From positions 6,976 to 70,975 of the forward strand of contig JABHAL010000007.1 of the NCBI GenBank assembly GCA_018674305.1: 64,000 bases of DNA, given 5' to 3'. The translations under genes were made by a program, and so were the position numbers. The stretch's first letter is position 1. Every line of letters starts with the position of its first letter. The notes beneath the pieces were generated by a model. That model saw nothing but the letters and a program-made list of their open reading frames with translations, ran no database searches and was not told the origin of the DNA. Positions 1 through 10,100 of this stretch are shown here, piece after piece. The stretch comes from Candidatus Falkowbacteria bacterium (GTDB lineage Bacteria; Patescibacteriota; Patescibacteriia; UBA11705; JABHMO01).

Positions 1-94
1 CAAGAAAATAAACCTGAATAAGAAAGATAAAGCACCAAGGAATAAATGATTTACATTTATATCCTTTAGCACCTTTATCCATTTAACTATCTAT

Positions 95-295
95 ATGAGT
101 AAACAAAAAACTATAAAAGCTGTTGCAAAAAGATTTCGAATTACAAAAACCAAGAAAGTCATCAAACAAAAAGCTGGCAAAGGTCATTTTAATGCTCGTG
201 AATCAGGAAAAGTCACTCGAAGCAAAAGAACCTCAACTACAGTTGACAACAAAAAGCTAGCTAAAAATATTCAAAGATTTATTCCACATAATTAA
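95..295 (+). CDS. rpmI: 50S ribosomal protein L35
   Basis: 66-aa basic protein 'MSKQKTIKAVAKRFRITKTKKV...' matching the L35 consensus. It sits immediately upstream of rplT. Confidence 0.88.
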   Translation: MSKQKTIKAVAKRFRITKTKKVIKQKAGKGHFNARESGKVTRSKRTSTTVDNKKLAKNIQRFIPHN

Positions 296-380
296 ATAAC
301 CAATAGCGCGTGACCCATAACACATACTCCATACTTAAGTAGAGGATACGGGATACGGGACACGAGATACGTAAATATAT

Positions 381-770
381 ATGCCAAGAGTAAAAAGAGG
401 TACAACTCATGTAAAGAAAAGACGAAAAATCCTTAAAGCTGTTAAAGGCTATCGTCATGGTAGAAAAAACCTGATCAAATTAGCAAAAACTGCAATTCTT
501 AAAGCTGGTAGTTACGCTTACAGAGATCGGAAAGCAAAAAAAAGGTCTATGCGTAGACTTTGGCAGATTAAGCTTAACGCTGCTGTTCGTGTATTTGATC
601 TAAGCTACAGTAAATTTATAGACTTGCTTAAGAAAAATAAAATTGAACTAGATCGTAAAGTTTTAGCGGACATAGCTGAAAATAACACTGAAATTTTTGC
701 TAAGCTGGTTAAAACCCTTAAAGGCGATAAACCCAAGGCAGTCAAAGCTGAGGCAGAACAAGTTAAATAA
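381..770 (+). CDS. rplT: 50S ribosomal protein L20
   Basis: 'MPRVKRG...KAGSYAYRDRKAKKR..WQIKLNAA...SYSKFI' matches L20. The rpmI-rplT order is conserved. Confidence 0.92.
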   Translation: MPRVKRGTTHVKKRRKILKAVKGYRHGRKNLIKLAKTAILKAGSYAYRDRKAKKRSMRRLWQIKLNAAVRVFDLSYSKFIDLLKKNKIELDRKVLADIAENNTEIFAKLVKTLKGDKPKAVKAEAEQVK

Positions 771-796
771 AATTCACATTCAAGAATATCATAAAA

Positions 797-819
797 ACAC
801 GACAAACGTCGTGTTTTTA
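797..819 (+). terminator. Rho-independent terminator after rplT
   Basis: Stem ACACGAC/GTCGTGT followed by a TTTTTAT run. Confidence 0.6.
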
Positions 820-896
820 TGGCGGACCGGACGGGACTCGAACCCGCGATCTCCTGCGTGACAGGCAGGTGTGTTAACCAACTACACCACCGATCC
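820..896 (-). tRNA. tRNA-Asp (anticodon GTC)
   Basis: Reverse complement reads GGATCGGTGGTGTAGTTGGTTAACACACCTGCCTGTCACGCAGGAGATCGCGGGTTCGAGTCCCGTCCGGTCCGCCA. Anticodon loop CTGTCAC, T-loop GGTTCGAGTCC, encoded CCA. Confidence 0.9.
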
Positions 897-1022
897 AGAC
901 AAATTGTGTTTGTAATATACTCCTTTTCTTTCTTGACGTCAAGAGTTGTTGTTGACAAAACCAGCACTTGCCAAAATTATCAATATATATTATACTCTTC
1001 ACATAAATCGTAAAAATTCATT

Positions 1023-1106
1023 ATGGCAAAAAAGAACAAGAAACGCAGTACTGGTTTTAAAGTTCCACAAATCAAAAGACTGCAAAAAAGAAGTAAAACA
1101 AAATAA
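1023..1106 (+). CDS. Putative 27-aa highly basic peptide (MAKKNKKRSTGFKVPQIKRLQKRSKTK)
   Basis: ATG-initiated ORF. It ends 5 nt before a strong bidirectional terminator and follows a TTGACA-like -35 at 947-952. It is shorter than the ORF-track cutoff. Confidence 0.25.
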   Translation: MAKKNKKRSTGFKVPQIKRLQKRSKTK

Positions 1107-1110
1107 AAAA

Positions 1111-1158
1111 ATACTCAGCAAGCGAAGAATTTTTCTTCTTCTACTGAGTATTTTTTTA
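1111..1158. terminator. Bidirectional terminator hairpin
   Basis: ATACTCAG...CTGAGTAT stem with an A-run before it and a T7 run after it. Confidence 0.55.
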
Positions 1159-1169
1159 TTGGAGAAAAT

Positions 1170-1400
1170 TTATCCCACGTCAACTTCCAGTAGTCCTAAT
1201 GATACCAAAACATACAAAACCACTAAAGCCAGGGCGGCGATTATAAACCAGAACAAAACAATTTTCCATTTGGACCTCCAAAAATCTACTTTCTTAATCA
1301 CCTCCCCCTTACCAACTCGATAAAGAATGACGACTACCCAAAATGCACAAATTAAAACCACCAAGGCTAAAGTTCTTTTGTAAGTAAAAAATTCTAACAT
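1170..1400 (-). CDS. Small hydrophobic membrane protein
   Basis: 76 aa with two predicted TM helices. Confidence 0.4.
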   Translation of the reverse strand: MLEFFTYKRTLALVVLICAFWVVVILYRVGKGEVIKKVDFWRSKWKIVLFWFIIAALALVVLYVLVSLGLLEVDVG

Positions 1401-1534
1401 ATTTTTTTATTAAAAGCCGGCCACGGCATAATTATCTGTTAAAACACGATAAATTAACCAACCGCCTAAAACCACGAAAAACATCACTAAGTTGATTACC
1501 CAAAAAATTGTATGCTGTTTTGGTTTAAACATAT

Positions 1535-4500
1535 TTATTTTTTATTTAATGAATCTAAATTATAATAATCTTCATGCATCTCATTTAAATCAACGTCTTT
1601 AATTTCCCCTTTAAACTTTTGCCCCTCTGGTCTCACCACTTTTTGTTTACCTTCGACAACCTCTTCTTTTTGTTGTCCTAATCCAGTGCGCAAAGTAACT
1701 GGCTGATCTTTTTTCTGAGCTTCTTCAATTCCCTTGCCCAGCTTATGCGACCTTAACTTAAAATCTTCTGTTAAATAACCACTGGTTTCTTTTTCTAAAT
1801 TAAACACCTCACTGCGCTTCTGATAATAACCAGGCTTTTCAGCAGTAACATAATATTCCTGATTACCAACCAAAAAGGCATAACGTCCCTTGCTATCAGT
1901 AACTTGAGTTTCAAGTAATTTATTAAACCTAGTTTCAAACACTCTAACAATAGTTCTGCTCAGTGTTTTTTTGTTTTCCACATCTCGAACCAGCCCCCAA
2001 CTCTTTGGCTTGTCACCTTTAGCCAGTCGATTAAACAACAAATATAAAACAATTTGTCCGATAATCAATAACGCAAACTTTAGACTTGGATTGATGATAA
2101 ATGAAATAATAGCGGCCACTGGTGCGATCAGAGTAAGTAATGTTTGCATTCGCTTGAACCAATATAACTTCAATACTTTTTCCCCTTTTTGAACCATTTT
2201 AACTGGATCCATAGCGATTGGCATAGCAATCGCATCACGTTCTCTAACTTCAATCGTTTCACCATAGTATACGGCTTCAAACTGTCCATCCTTTTGTACA
2301 TTATTTAATAATTTACATGGAAACTTGTAATCTTTTTTCTGAACCTCAACATAGTATTTACCAGGATTAAGTATGAATTCATAACGACCAGCCTTGTCAG
2401 TTACTTTTGTTCTTACCAGTTTTTTAGTTTCCGCATTGTAAACTCGAACCACCGCTAAATCAACCGGCTTTTTACTGGCCGCATCATAAACAATTCCCCA
2501 GCCTCGTCTTCGTTTTTTAGTTAAAAGTAATAACGGCTGAGTGAATAAAAACTGTAAATATGTTAAAACACCTGCTCCACTTGCACCAGTTGCTCCAACT
2601 GTAGCTAGTGACGCCACTGAAGTTGCAGTTACTGTAGCTGCTGCTGGAGTTTTCACTGTCTCATTTGCTTTTTCCAAAGCTGGATTATCAACGGTCGCTT
2701 TCTGAACAATTTTAGTCGTCCTAACTACCGCCTTAACTGATTTTTCAACTTGCTGTTGCGCCTTTACTATATCAACCCGAGTGATCACACTGATAACTTT
2801 AGCAATTCCTTTTGTTGTACTTTGCACAACCTTGCCATCCATTAACTTTTCAGTTTCATATATTATTTCAAACTTAATCTCTTGTTCTGTTTTGTCCCAA
2901 GATTTTTTTGCATCAATATCTTCATAAATTTCAATCAACTCAGGATCCAATTTAATATTATCTGGAACATGACTTTGACCGACGACCACATCAATAATAT
3001 CGTCTTTAACAATCGGGCCTTGCCAATCATCAACAACCGGTACTCCTCCATCGTCACCTGTATTTGGTACTACCGGCAAAGGCACTACTGGTTCTCCTGG
3101 TCCTTCATCGTCATTATCACCAGGCTGACCATCATCGCCTGGTTGTAAATCATCAGCTTGTCCTCCGTCTGCTTCTGGAATTACTGGTGGAACAACTGGT
3201 TTTATAGGGGGAACAACCGGAGGAATGACTGGATCATCAATCGGTTCATCAATTGGTTCATCAATTGGTTCGTCAGCTGCTGGCTCGTTAAATGGCTCAT
3301 CGACTGGATCATCCCCAGGTTCATCAACTGGTTCGTCAACTGGCTCATCAACCGGCTCATCAACCGGTTCGTCAACCGGATCATCAACCGGTGGCTGTGA
3401 AGAAACTAAGAAAAATGACTCTTCGGTTGGTTCAACTGAAAGATTTTCAGCTTCATCAATCGCCTTAACCGAAACTTTATGTTCACCAGGATAATAGCTA
3501 TCTTCAAATGAATAGCGCCAACTATCAGAATCAACTTCAATCGTATCAATCAAAATAGTATCATCTAAATATATTAAAATTTGTTCTGTGTCAGCTTTAA
3601 TTTTTCCCGAAATAGTGACATCCGCCCCAATTTTATTATCAACTTCCTCTCCAACAATAATTGACATCAAGGTAATTGATGGCGCATCTGGCGGATTAGT
3701 ATCAACTAAAACAGTATGAATATCTGAACAAACATCTTCATTAGCAACTTTAATTGTATGCAATCCATCAATCAATGAATCACCTACCTGCCAAACAAAA
3801 TTTTTATCTGGCTGTGACACAAATGAATAAACTTCTATATTATCAATATAAATGACTACCCTCATTGAACCCTCGGCAGAAGCTCCGATTACATATGGCT
3901 CATTGTTATTGGTCACTATTCCATCAGCTGGTTCATTTAAAATTGGAGGCTCTATTTCTGGCACTGGATCTGGTATTGGTACAGGTATCGGTGCTGGCGC
4001 TGGATCACTCCCACCACCGCCACCAGAACGAGCTCCCAAAGTTTTAACATTTGTGCCACTAGAAAAGGAAGTCTCTTCTCCATCACCATTCCTAGATTTA
4101 ACTCTATATTGATATGTTGTCGACTCACTTAGACCTGTATTTTGCCAAGAATTTGTTTGTACCCAACCTGAATTTGTTCCCGCTGTAACATTTTCAAAAT
4201 ACAAACCAGAACCACCTGAAGTTAAATTATCCAAAGTTCCTAAAGCACTCATAGTTATACTGTCAATTAAAATACTACTTGTGCTAATTCCCGTTGGTGT
4301 ATTCTGGGAGGTGTAAACCGTTGTCGTCACCGAAGAAGTTTCAGTTAAATCTTCATTACGCGCTTTAACTGACACTTCATAAGCTGTGTTTGCTAACAAA
4401 CTTGACTGAGCCCAAGACATTCCGGGAATCCATCCACTATTATCTGAAGGCGTTAAAGTACTGGCATAATATGTGTCTTGAGCACCGCCACTACTCCAGC

Positions 4501-6916
4501 CCCACGTAATGGAAGCCGTCGTATTAGCACTGTGAGTTAAACTAGTCGGTGCATCTGCGTCAGTATAGGCACTGGCTGTACTTGAAGCAATCCCTGTACC
4601 TTTGGCATTAACGGCTCTAACATAAACTGTATATTGAGTATTAGCACTTAAAGAATCCCCACCATCAGTAATTGTTGTTTGAGTATAATTACTTGTAGCT
4701 GCGCCGACGGAACCAATTAAAGAATCATCAGAAGATCTATATACATAATAATCAGTGGCCCCAGCTACATCATCCCAATTCCAATCAATTGATCTGGTAT
4801 CTCCCGCAGAAGATGCCAATCCAGTTGGCCGAGCAGGCGGGGTAATTATCTCTGCCGTTTCTGGAGTTGAGGCGGTGTTCAAAGTACCATCTCCGTTATA
4901 TGATGAAAATCTAAATTTATAACAAGTAGCCGCACTTAAACTGGTAACTGTGTACGGACTGCTAGAATTATCTGAAACGTTATCAAACAAGGTTGTTTCA
5001 TATCCATCACAATCAGTATCTTGTTCAATTTTTAAACCCGTTTGCGACTGATCCGTCCAAGTTAAAGTCTGTTGATAACTAGCTTTTGTCGTCGCATCGG
5101 CCAATCCAACCCCTGAAACTTGATTCGCAGCAGTATACTTTGCAATTTCAACCGCATTACTCAGATGCCCATAATCATCTTCTGTCCAGATATTAGCCAC
5201 ATACTGAGTATTTGCAGTTAAACTTCCAATCTCATTAGTACCCCCTTGTGTATATGAACCTGAAGCAATAGTAACATCCAACGTATCCGAAGTAGCGACA
5301 CCAGAGGCACCAGCTTTATAGTAAACATTGTATTCGTTTAAATTTGTATCTGTGCCAACTGCACCTAGAGTATGAACAATTGTGCTTGTCGTAACGGTAT
5401 CTAAAGTCAGATTACCTGATGACACCGGAGCCACATTATCTAGAGTTAAAGTTGTTGTCACAGCTGTACCATCAACCACATCATCATTAGGTGTTATTTG
5501 AATACAGTAAGTACCGTCCGCAGAAGCTACATCAGTTGCAGTAGACCAGTCAAAAGTTACTGTGTTCGCACCCGATCCGGTATCAATCCTATAAGTAGCA
5601 GTTGTACCTATTTGATATGTATCATCATTTTCAACACTTGGCACGCCTCCACTATCACTGGTGTCTGCTGTAGAACTTACAGCTTCATCCATTGTTGGGT
5701 CACTGGTCCCGCTACTACAATCAGATCCAGCTTTATATTCAACTTTCAACATAACATCATCATCATCACCGTCATCAACCTCAACTGAAATATCGACTGT
5801 GCCAGTTCCATCTGTTTTTTGTACCGCTGAATTAATCGTCACAGTTGGCACCGAATTAAGAGGATCATCAGTAAAAATACCAGCACTACCAGCAGTAGCA
5901 ACCCCATAAGCTGTACCACCACTAACATCAACTGTTGAGATACTATTTGTATTATAATAAGCAATATAAATAATTCCACCACCGCCACCACCACCATCAT
6001 CACCACTAGCATCACTAGCGTTACCACCTTTTGCCGAGACTGATATCGGTGTTCCAGTAACAGTCCCTGCAGTGATTTTTATAGCACCCCCACCGCCACC
6101 ACCAGCTCCGTCTAAAAAATGCCAAGGGTTTCTACCAGCAGCCGTGATTGTACCATTAACAGTCAAAGTATCAGAAACATTCAATATAATTAAACCACCA
6201 CCAGCCCCGCCCAAAGCAGAATTATCACCAGAATCAGCTGCACCAGCACCACCAGCTCCTAGATATATTGGATTTGTTGCACTATCATATGCAGAACCAC
6301 CTGCATTGTCAGTATCACCAACACCACCAGCTCCATAATGAGCACCACCACCACCACCTTGATTTGCTCCAAATTTTCCTTCACCATCAGTACCAACTGG
6401 AGCATAACCATTAGCACCACCACCACCACTAGCACCACCATCAAAACCCAGTGCGTATACATTGATCGAGCCACCAGACTGGACATCTATATTTGCAGCA
6501 GTGATATCAACTTCATAAACATGTGTGGTGGAATTATTTCCATGATTTAATGTCCCTCCTGACTCGACGGTCAATGTTCCTGATATTGTCTGAGTGTTTA
6601 TATTACTTTGTGTCAACGTTCCACCACTCGCAATCGTAATATTAGCAACTTCATTAATAGTATAATCTCCAATATCGACAGCATGACTTACAGTCACACT
6701 ATCCCCCACCTGAGGAACTGTGCTAGCACAATTACTCCAAGTACCAACAGTAGCCCAAGCACCAGCACCAGCAGAGGTACAGCTAGAAGCTTGTGCCTTT
6801 TGCATAGTCAAAGATGGGGTGTCACCTGGAAGAAAATTAAAACTAGCGCTGTATATAATTACAATCAGCACAGTGGCTAAATTAATCCACTTAATTTTTT
6901 TCTTAAGCTTTTCCAT
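1535..6916 (-). CDS. Giant cell-surface protein (1793 aa)
   Basis: N-terminal signal/anchor (KKKIKWINLATVLIVIIYSA) followed by a Gly-rich region. Then come a Big-like domain, FN3-like repeats, a (PVDE)n acidic Pro-rich linker, TM segments and two CarboxypepD_reg/CnaB-like beta-sandwich modules ('DKAGRYEFILNPGKYYVEV'). Confidence 0.85.
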   Translation of the reverse strand: MEKLKKKIKWINLATVLIVIIYSASFNFLPGDTPSLTMQKAQASSCTSAGAGAWATVGTWSNCASTVPQVGDSVTVSHAVDIGDYTINEVANITIASGGTLTQSNINTQTISGTLTVESGGTLNHGNNSTTHVYEVDITAANIDVQSGGSINVYALGFDGGASGGGGANGYAPVGTDGEGKFGANQGGGGGAHYGAGGVGDTDNAGGSAYDSATNPIYLGAGGAGAADSGDNSALGGAGGGLIILNVSDTLTVNGTITAAGRNPWHFLDGAGGGGGGAIKITAGTVTGTPISVSAKGGNASDASGDDGGGGGGGIIYIAYYNTNSISTVDVSGGTAYGVATAGSAGIFTDDPLNSVPTVTINSAVQKTDGTGTVDISVEVDDGDDDDVMLKVEYKAGSDCSSGTSDPTMDEAVSSTADTSDSGGVPSVENDDTYQIGTTATYRIDTGSGANTVTFDWSTATDVASADGTYCIQITPNDDVVDGTAVTTTLTLDNVAPVSSGNLTLDTVTTSTIVHTLGAVGTDTNLNEYNVYYKAGASGVATSDTLDVTIASGSYTQGGTNEIGSLTANTQYVANIWTEDDYGHLSNAVEIAKYTAANQVSGVGLADATTKASYQQTLTWTDQSQTGLKIEQDTDCDGYETTLFDNVSDNSSSPYTVTSLSAATCYKFRFSSYNGDGTLNTASTPETAEIITPPARPTGLASSAGDTRSIDWNWDDVAGATDYYVYRSSDDSLIGSVGAATSNYTQTTITDGGDSLSANTQYTVYVRAVNAKGTGIASSTASAYTDADAPTSLTHSANTTASITWGWSSGGAQDTYYASTLTPSDNSGWIPGMSWAQSSLLANTAYEVSVKARNEDLTETSSVTTTVYTSQNTPTGISTSSILIDSITMSALGTLDNLTSGGSGLYFENVTAGTNSGWVQTNSWQNTGLSESTTYQYRVKSRNGDGEETSFSSGTNVKTLGARSGGGGGSDPAPAPIPVPIPDPVPEIEPPILNEPADGIVTNNNEPYVIGASAEGSMRVVIYIDNIEVYSFVSQPDKNFVWQVGDSLIDGLHTIKVANEDVCSDIHTVLVDTNPPDAPSITLMSIIVGEEVDNKIGADVTISGKIKADTEQILIYLDDTILIDTIEVDSDSWRYSFEDSYYPGEHKVSVKAIDEAENLSVEPTEESFFLVSSQPPVDDPVDEPVDEPVDEPVDEPVDEPGDDPVDEPFNEPAADEPIDEPIDEPIDDPVIPPVVPPIKPVVPPVIPEADGGQADDLQPGDDGQPGDNDDEGPGEPVVPLPVVPNTGDDGGVPVVDDWQGPIVKDDIIDVVVGQSHVPDNIKLDPELIEIYEDIDAKKSWDKTEQEIKFEIIYETEKLMDGKVVQSTTKGIAKVISVITRVDIVKAQQQVEKSVKAVVRTTKIVQKATVDNPALEKANETVKTPAAATVTATSVASLATVGATGASGAGVLTYLQFLFTQPLLLLTKKRRRGWGIVYDAASKKPVDLAVVRVYNAETKKLVRTKVTDKAGRYEFILNPGKYYVEVQKKDYKFPCKLLNNVQKDGQFEAVYYGETIEVRERDAIAMPIAMDPVKMVQKGEKVLKLYWFKRMQTLLTLIAPVAAIISFIINPSLKFALLIIGQIVLYLLFNRLAKGDKPKSWGLVRDVENKKTLSRTIVRVFETRFNKLLETQVTDSKGRYAFLVGNQEYYVTAEKPGYYQKRSEVFNLEKETSGYLTEDFKLRSHKLGKGIEEAQKKDQPVTLRTGLGQQKEEVVEGKQKVVRPEGQKFKGEIKDVDLNEMHEDYYNLDSLNKK
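3227..3393 (-). repeat. In-frame 12-bp tandem repeat encoding (P-V/I-D-E)n, about 7 perfect plus degenerate copies
   Basis: gactggatcatc / aactggctcatc units are visible directly in the sequence. Confidence 0.8.
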
Positions 6917-7034
6917 TTAAAATTTACTCTTTTAAATCAAAACTATTCGCGATGATTTTTCTACCGCAAAAAATACCAGACGCTAATTGCTAATACAAAA
7001 CCTGTCTAGTTTTTTCATACTATTTATTAGCTAA

Positions 7035-7060
7035 ATTATACCATTTTCAAGTTCTTTAAA
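7035..7060 (-). promoter_or_regulatory. Extended -10 promoter (TGGTATAAT on the minus strand) for giant gene 1
   Basis: The reverse complement of attataccat gives aTGgTATAAT. The promoter is duplicated upstream of paralog 2. Confidence 0.45.
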
Positions 7061-7065
7061 CAACA

Positions 7066-7100
7066 AAAAGTGTGTTTTTATCCACACTTTTTGTTATATA
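7066..7100 (-). terminator. Terminator hairpin of giant gene 2
   Basis: AGTGTG-GATAAAAA-CACACT stem plus a T-run on the minus strand. Confidence 0.5.
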
Positions 7101-7131
7101 ATTCTCACTTGAAAAAACTTTTTGCTCAGAC

Positions 7132-10100
7132 CTATTTCAAACTATCTACATCATAATAATCTTCATGCATTTGATCAAGATCAACATCTTTAATTTCACC
7201 CTTAAACTTCTCTTCGTCACGGCGAATAACTCGTTTTATACCTTGAATCATTTTTTCCTTTTGTTGTCCTAGTCCAGTACGCAAAGTAACTTGCTGATCT
7301 TTTTTCTGAGCTTGTTCAATTCCCTTGCCCAGCTTATGCGACCTTAACTTGAAATCTTCCGTTAAATAACCAGTCTCTTCTTTCTCCAAATTAAACACTT
7401 CACTTCTCTTCTGATAATAGCCTGGCTTTTCAGCAGTAACATAATATTCCTGATTACCTACCAAGAAAGCATATCGACCCTTACCATCTGTAACCTGGGT
7501 ATCTAATAATTTATTAAACTTTGTTTCAAACACTCTAACAATAGTTCTACTTAACGTTTTTTTATTCTCCAAATCACGCACAATTCCCCAACTCTTAGGT
7601 TTATCACCTTTAGCCAGACGACTGAACAAGAAATACAAGGCAACTTGCCCGACAATAAGTAAGCCAAATTTCAAAGTTGGATTAATAATAAATGAAACAA
7701 TAGCCGCCACTGGTGCAATCAAAGTAAACAGTGTTTGTGTCTTTTTGAACCAAAACAACTTCATCACTTTTTCACCTTTTTGGGCTAATTTAATCGGATC
7801 CAGAGCAATCGGCATAGATACGGCATCACGCTCTTGAACTTCAATCACTTCTCCATAATACACATCTTCAAAATGTCCATCAGTGGTTACCTTATCTAAT
7901 ATTTTACATGGAAACTTGTAATCTTTTTTCTGAACTTCAATATAATATTTACCTGGCTTCAAAATAAATTCATAACGACCAGCCTTGTCAGTTACTTTAG
8001 TTCGTACCAATTTCTTGGTTTCCGCATTGTAAACTCGAACCACTGCTAAATCAACTGGCTTTTTACTAGCTGCGTCATAAACAATTCCCCAGCCTTTACG
8101 TCTTTTTTTAGTTAGAAGTAATAACGGCTGAGTGAATAAAAACTGTAAATATGTTAAGACACCTGCACCACTAGCGCCAGTTGCACCAACTGTAGCCAGT
8201 GAAGCTACGGAAGTTGCAGTTACTGTAGCTGCTGCTGGAGTTTTCACTGTCTCATTAGCTTTTTCCAAAGCTGGATTATCAACGGTCGCTTTCTGAACAA
8301 TTTTGGTCGTTCTAACTACCGCCTTAACTGATTTTTCAACTTCCTGTTGCGCTTTTACTACATCAACGCGAGTAATCACACTAATAACTTTAGCAATTCC
8401 TTTTGTTGTACTTTGCACAACTTTGCCATCCATTAACTTTTCAGTTTCATATATTATTTCAAATTTAATTTCTTGTTCAGTTTTATCCCAAGAATTTTTT
8501 GCATCAATATCTTCATAAATTTCAATCAACTCAGGATCCAATTTAATATTATCCGGAACATGACTTTGACCAACAACCACATCAATAATATCGTCTTTAA
8601 CAATCGGACCTTGCCAGTCATCAACAACCGGCACTCCTCCGTCGTCACCTGCATTTGGTACTACCGGCAAAGGAACTACTGGAGCTCCTGGCCCTTGATC
8701 GTCATTATCACCAGGCTGACCATCATCTCCTGGTTGCGAATCATCAGCTTGTCCTCCGTCTGCTTCTGGAATTACTGGTGGTACAACTAGTGGCGCTACT
8801 GGTGGAATAACTGGTTTTATAGGAGGAATAACCGGAGGAACGACTGGATCGTCAACTGGTTTATCAACTGGTTCGTCAACTGGCTCATCGACTGGCTCAT
8901 CAACTGGCTCATCAACTGGCTCGTCAACTGGCTCGTCGACAGGCTCATCGACTGGTTCATCAACTGGCTCGTCGACAGGCTCATCGACTGGTTCGTCAAC
9001 TGGTTCGTCAACGGGTTCATCAACTGGTGGTTGTGAAGAAACTAATAAAAATGACTCTTCGGTTGGTTCATCTGAAAGATTTTTAGCTTCATCAATCGCC
9101 TTAACCGAAACTTTATGTTCACCAGGATAATAGCTATCTTCAAATGAATAGCTCCATTTTTCAGAATCAACTACGATTGTGTCAATCAAAATCGTATCAT
9201 CCAAATATATTAAAATTTGTTTTGTGTCAGCTTTAATTTTTCCCGAAATAGTAACATCCGCTCCAATTTTATTATCAACTTCCGCTCCTACAATAATTGA
9301 CATCAAAGTAATTGACGGTGCATCTGGCGGACTGGTGTCAACTAAAATACTATGGATATCTGAATAAACATCTTCATTGGCAACTTTGATTGAATGCAAT
9401 CCATCAGCTAATGGATCACTTATTTGCCAAACAAAATTCTTATCCGGTTGAGAAACAAATGAATGAACTTCTATATCATCAACATAAACATCTACTGTCA
9501 TTAAACCCTCGGTAGAAGATCCGATTACATATGGTTTATTATTATTGGTGACCATTCCATCAGCTGGTTCGCTTAAGACGGGGGGATCTATTTCTGGATC
9601 CGGATCTGGTATTGGTATAGGTATCGGTGCTGGATCACCACCTCCACCTGATCGAGCCCCCAAAGTTATAACATTAGTACCACTAGAAAAGGAAGTCTCT
9701 ACTCCATCACCATTCCTAGTTTTAACTCGATACTGATAAGTTGTAGATTCGCTTAATCCAGTTTCTACCCATGAGTTTGTTTGTACCCAACCTGAATTTG
9801 TTCCCGCTGTAACATTTTCAAAATACAAACCAGAACTATCTGAAGTTAAATTATCAAAAGTTCCTGTCGCAGACAAAGTTATACTATCAATCAAAATATT
9901 ACTAGAACTAATACCGCTTGGTGTATTTTGCGCTGTGTAAAATATGGTCGATGAAGAGTCTACTGTAGTAGAAGTTTCATCACTGTCACCATTTCTCGCT
10001 TTGACTGTATATGAATATTGAGTATTAGCACTTAAACTAGAATTTGCCCAACTATTAGTCTGGATCCAACCAGAATTTGTACTAGCCGTAGTATTTGTAA

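Noticed and set aside
1-21. Possible 3' end of infC (..QENKPE*) at the window edge
   Set aside because: It is only 7 codons and cannot be supported. It was noted only because rpmI-rplT normally follow infC.
334-368. GATACGG tandem 7-mers (GGATACGGGATACGGGACACGAGATACG) between rpmI and rplT
   Set aside because: It could be an L20-binding leader feature, but it is too short and ambiguous to call. It is kept only as a note.
3158-3494. ORFs 3158..3400(+), 3202..3387(-), 3225..3494(+) and 8817..9023(-) with repetitive SSIGSS / NQLMNQL peptides
   Set aside because: They are alternative-frame translations of the 12-bp (PVDE)n tandem repeat inside the giant genes. They are artefacts, not genes.
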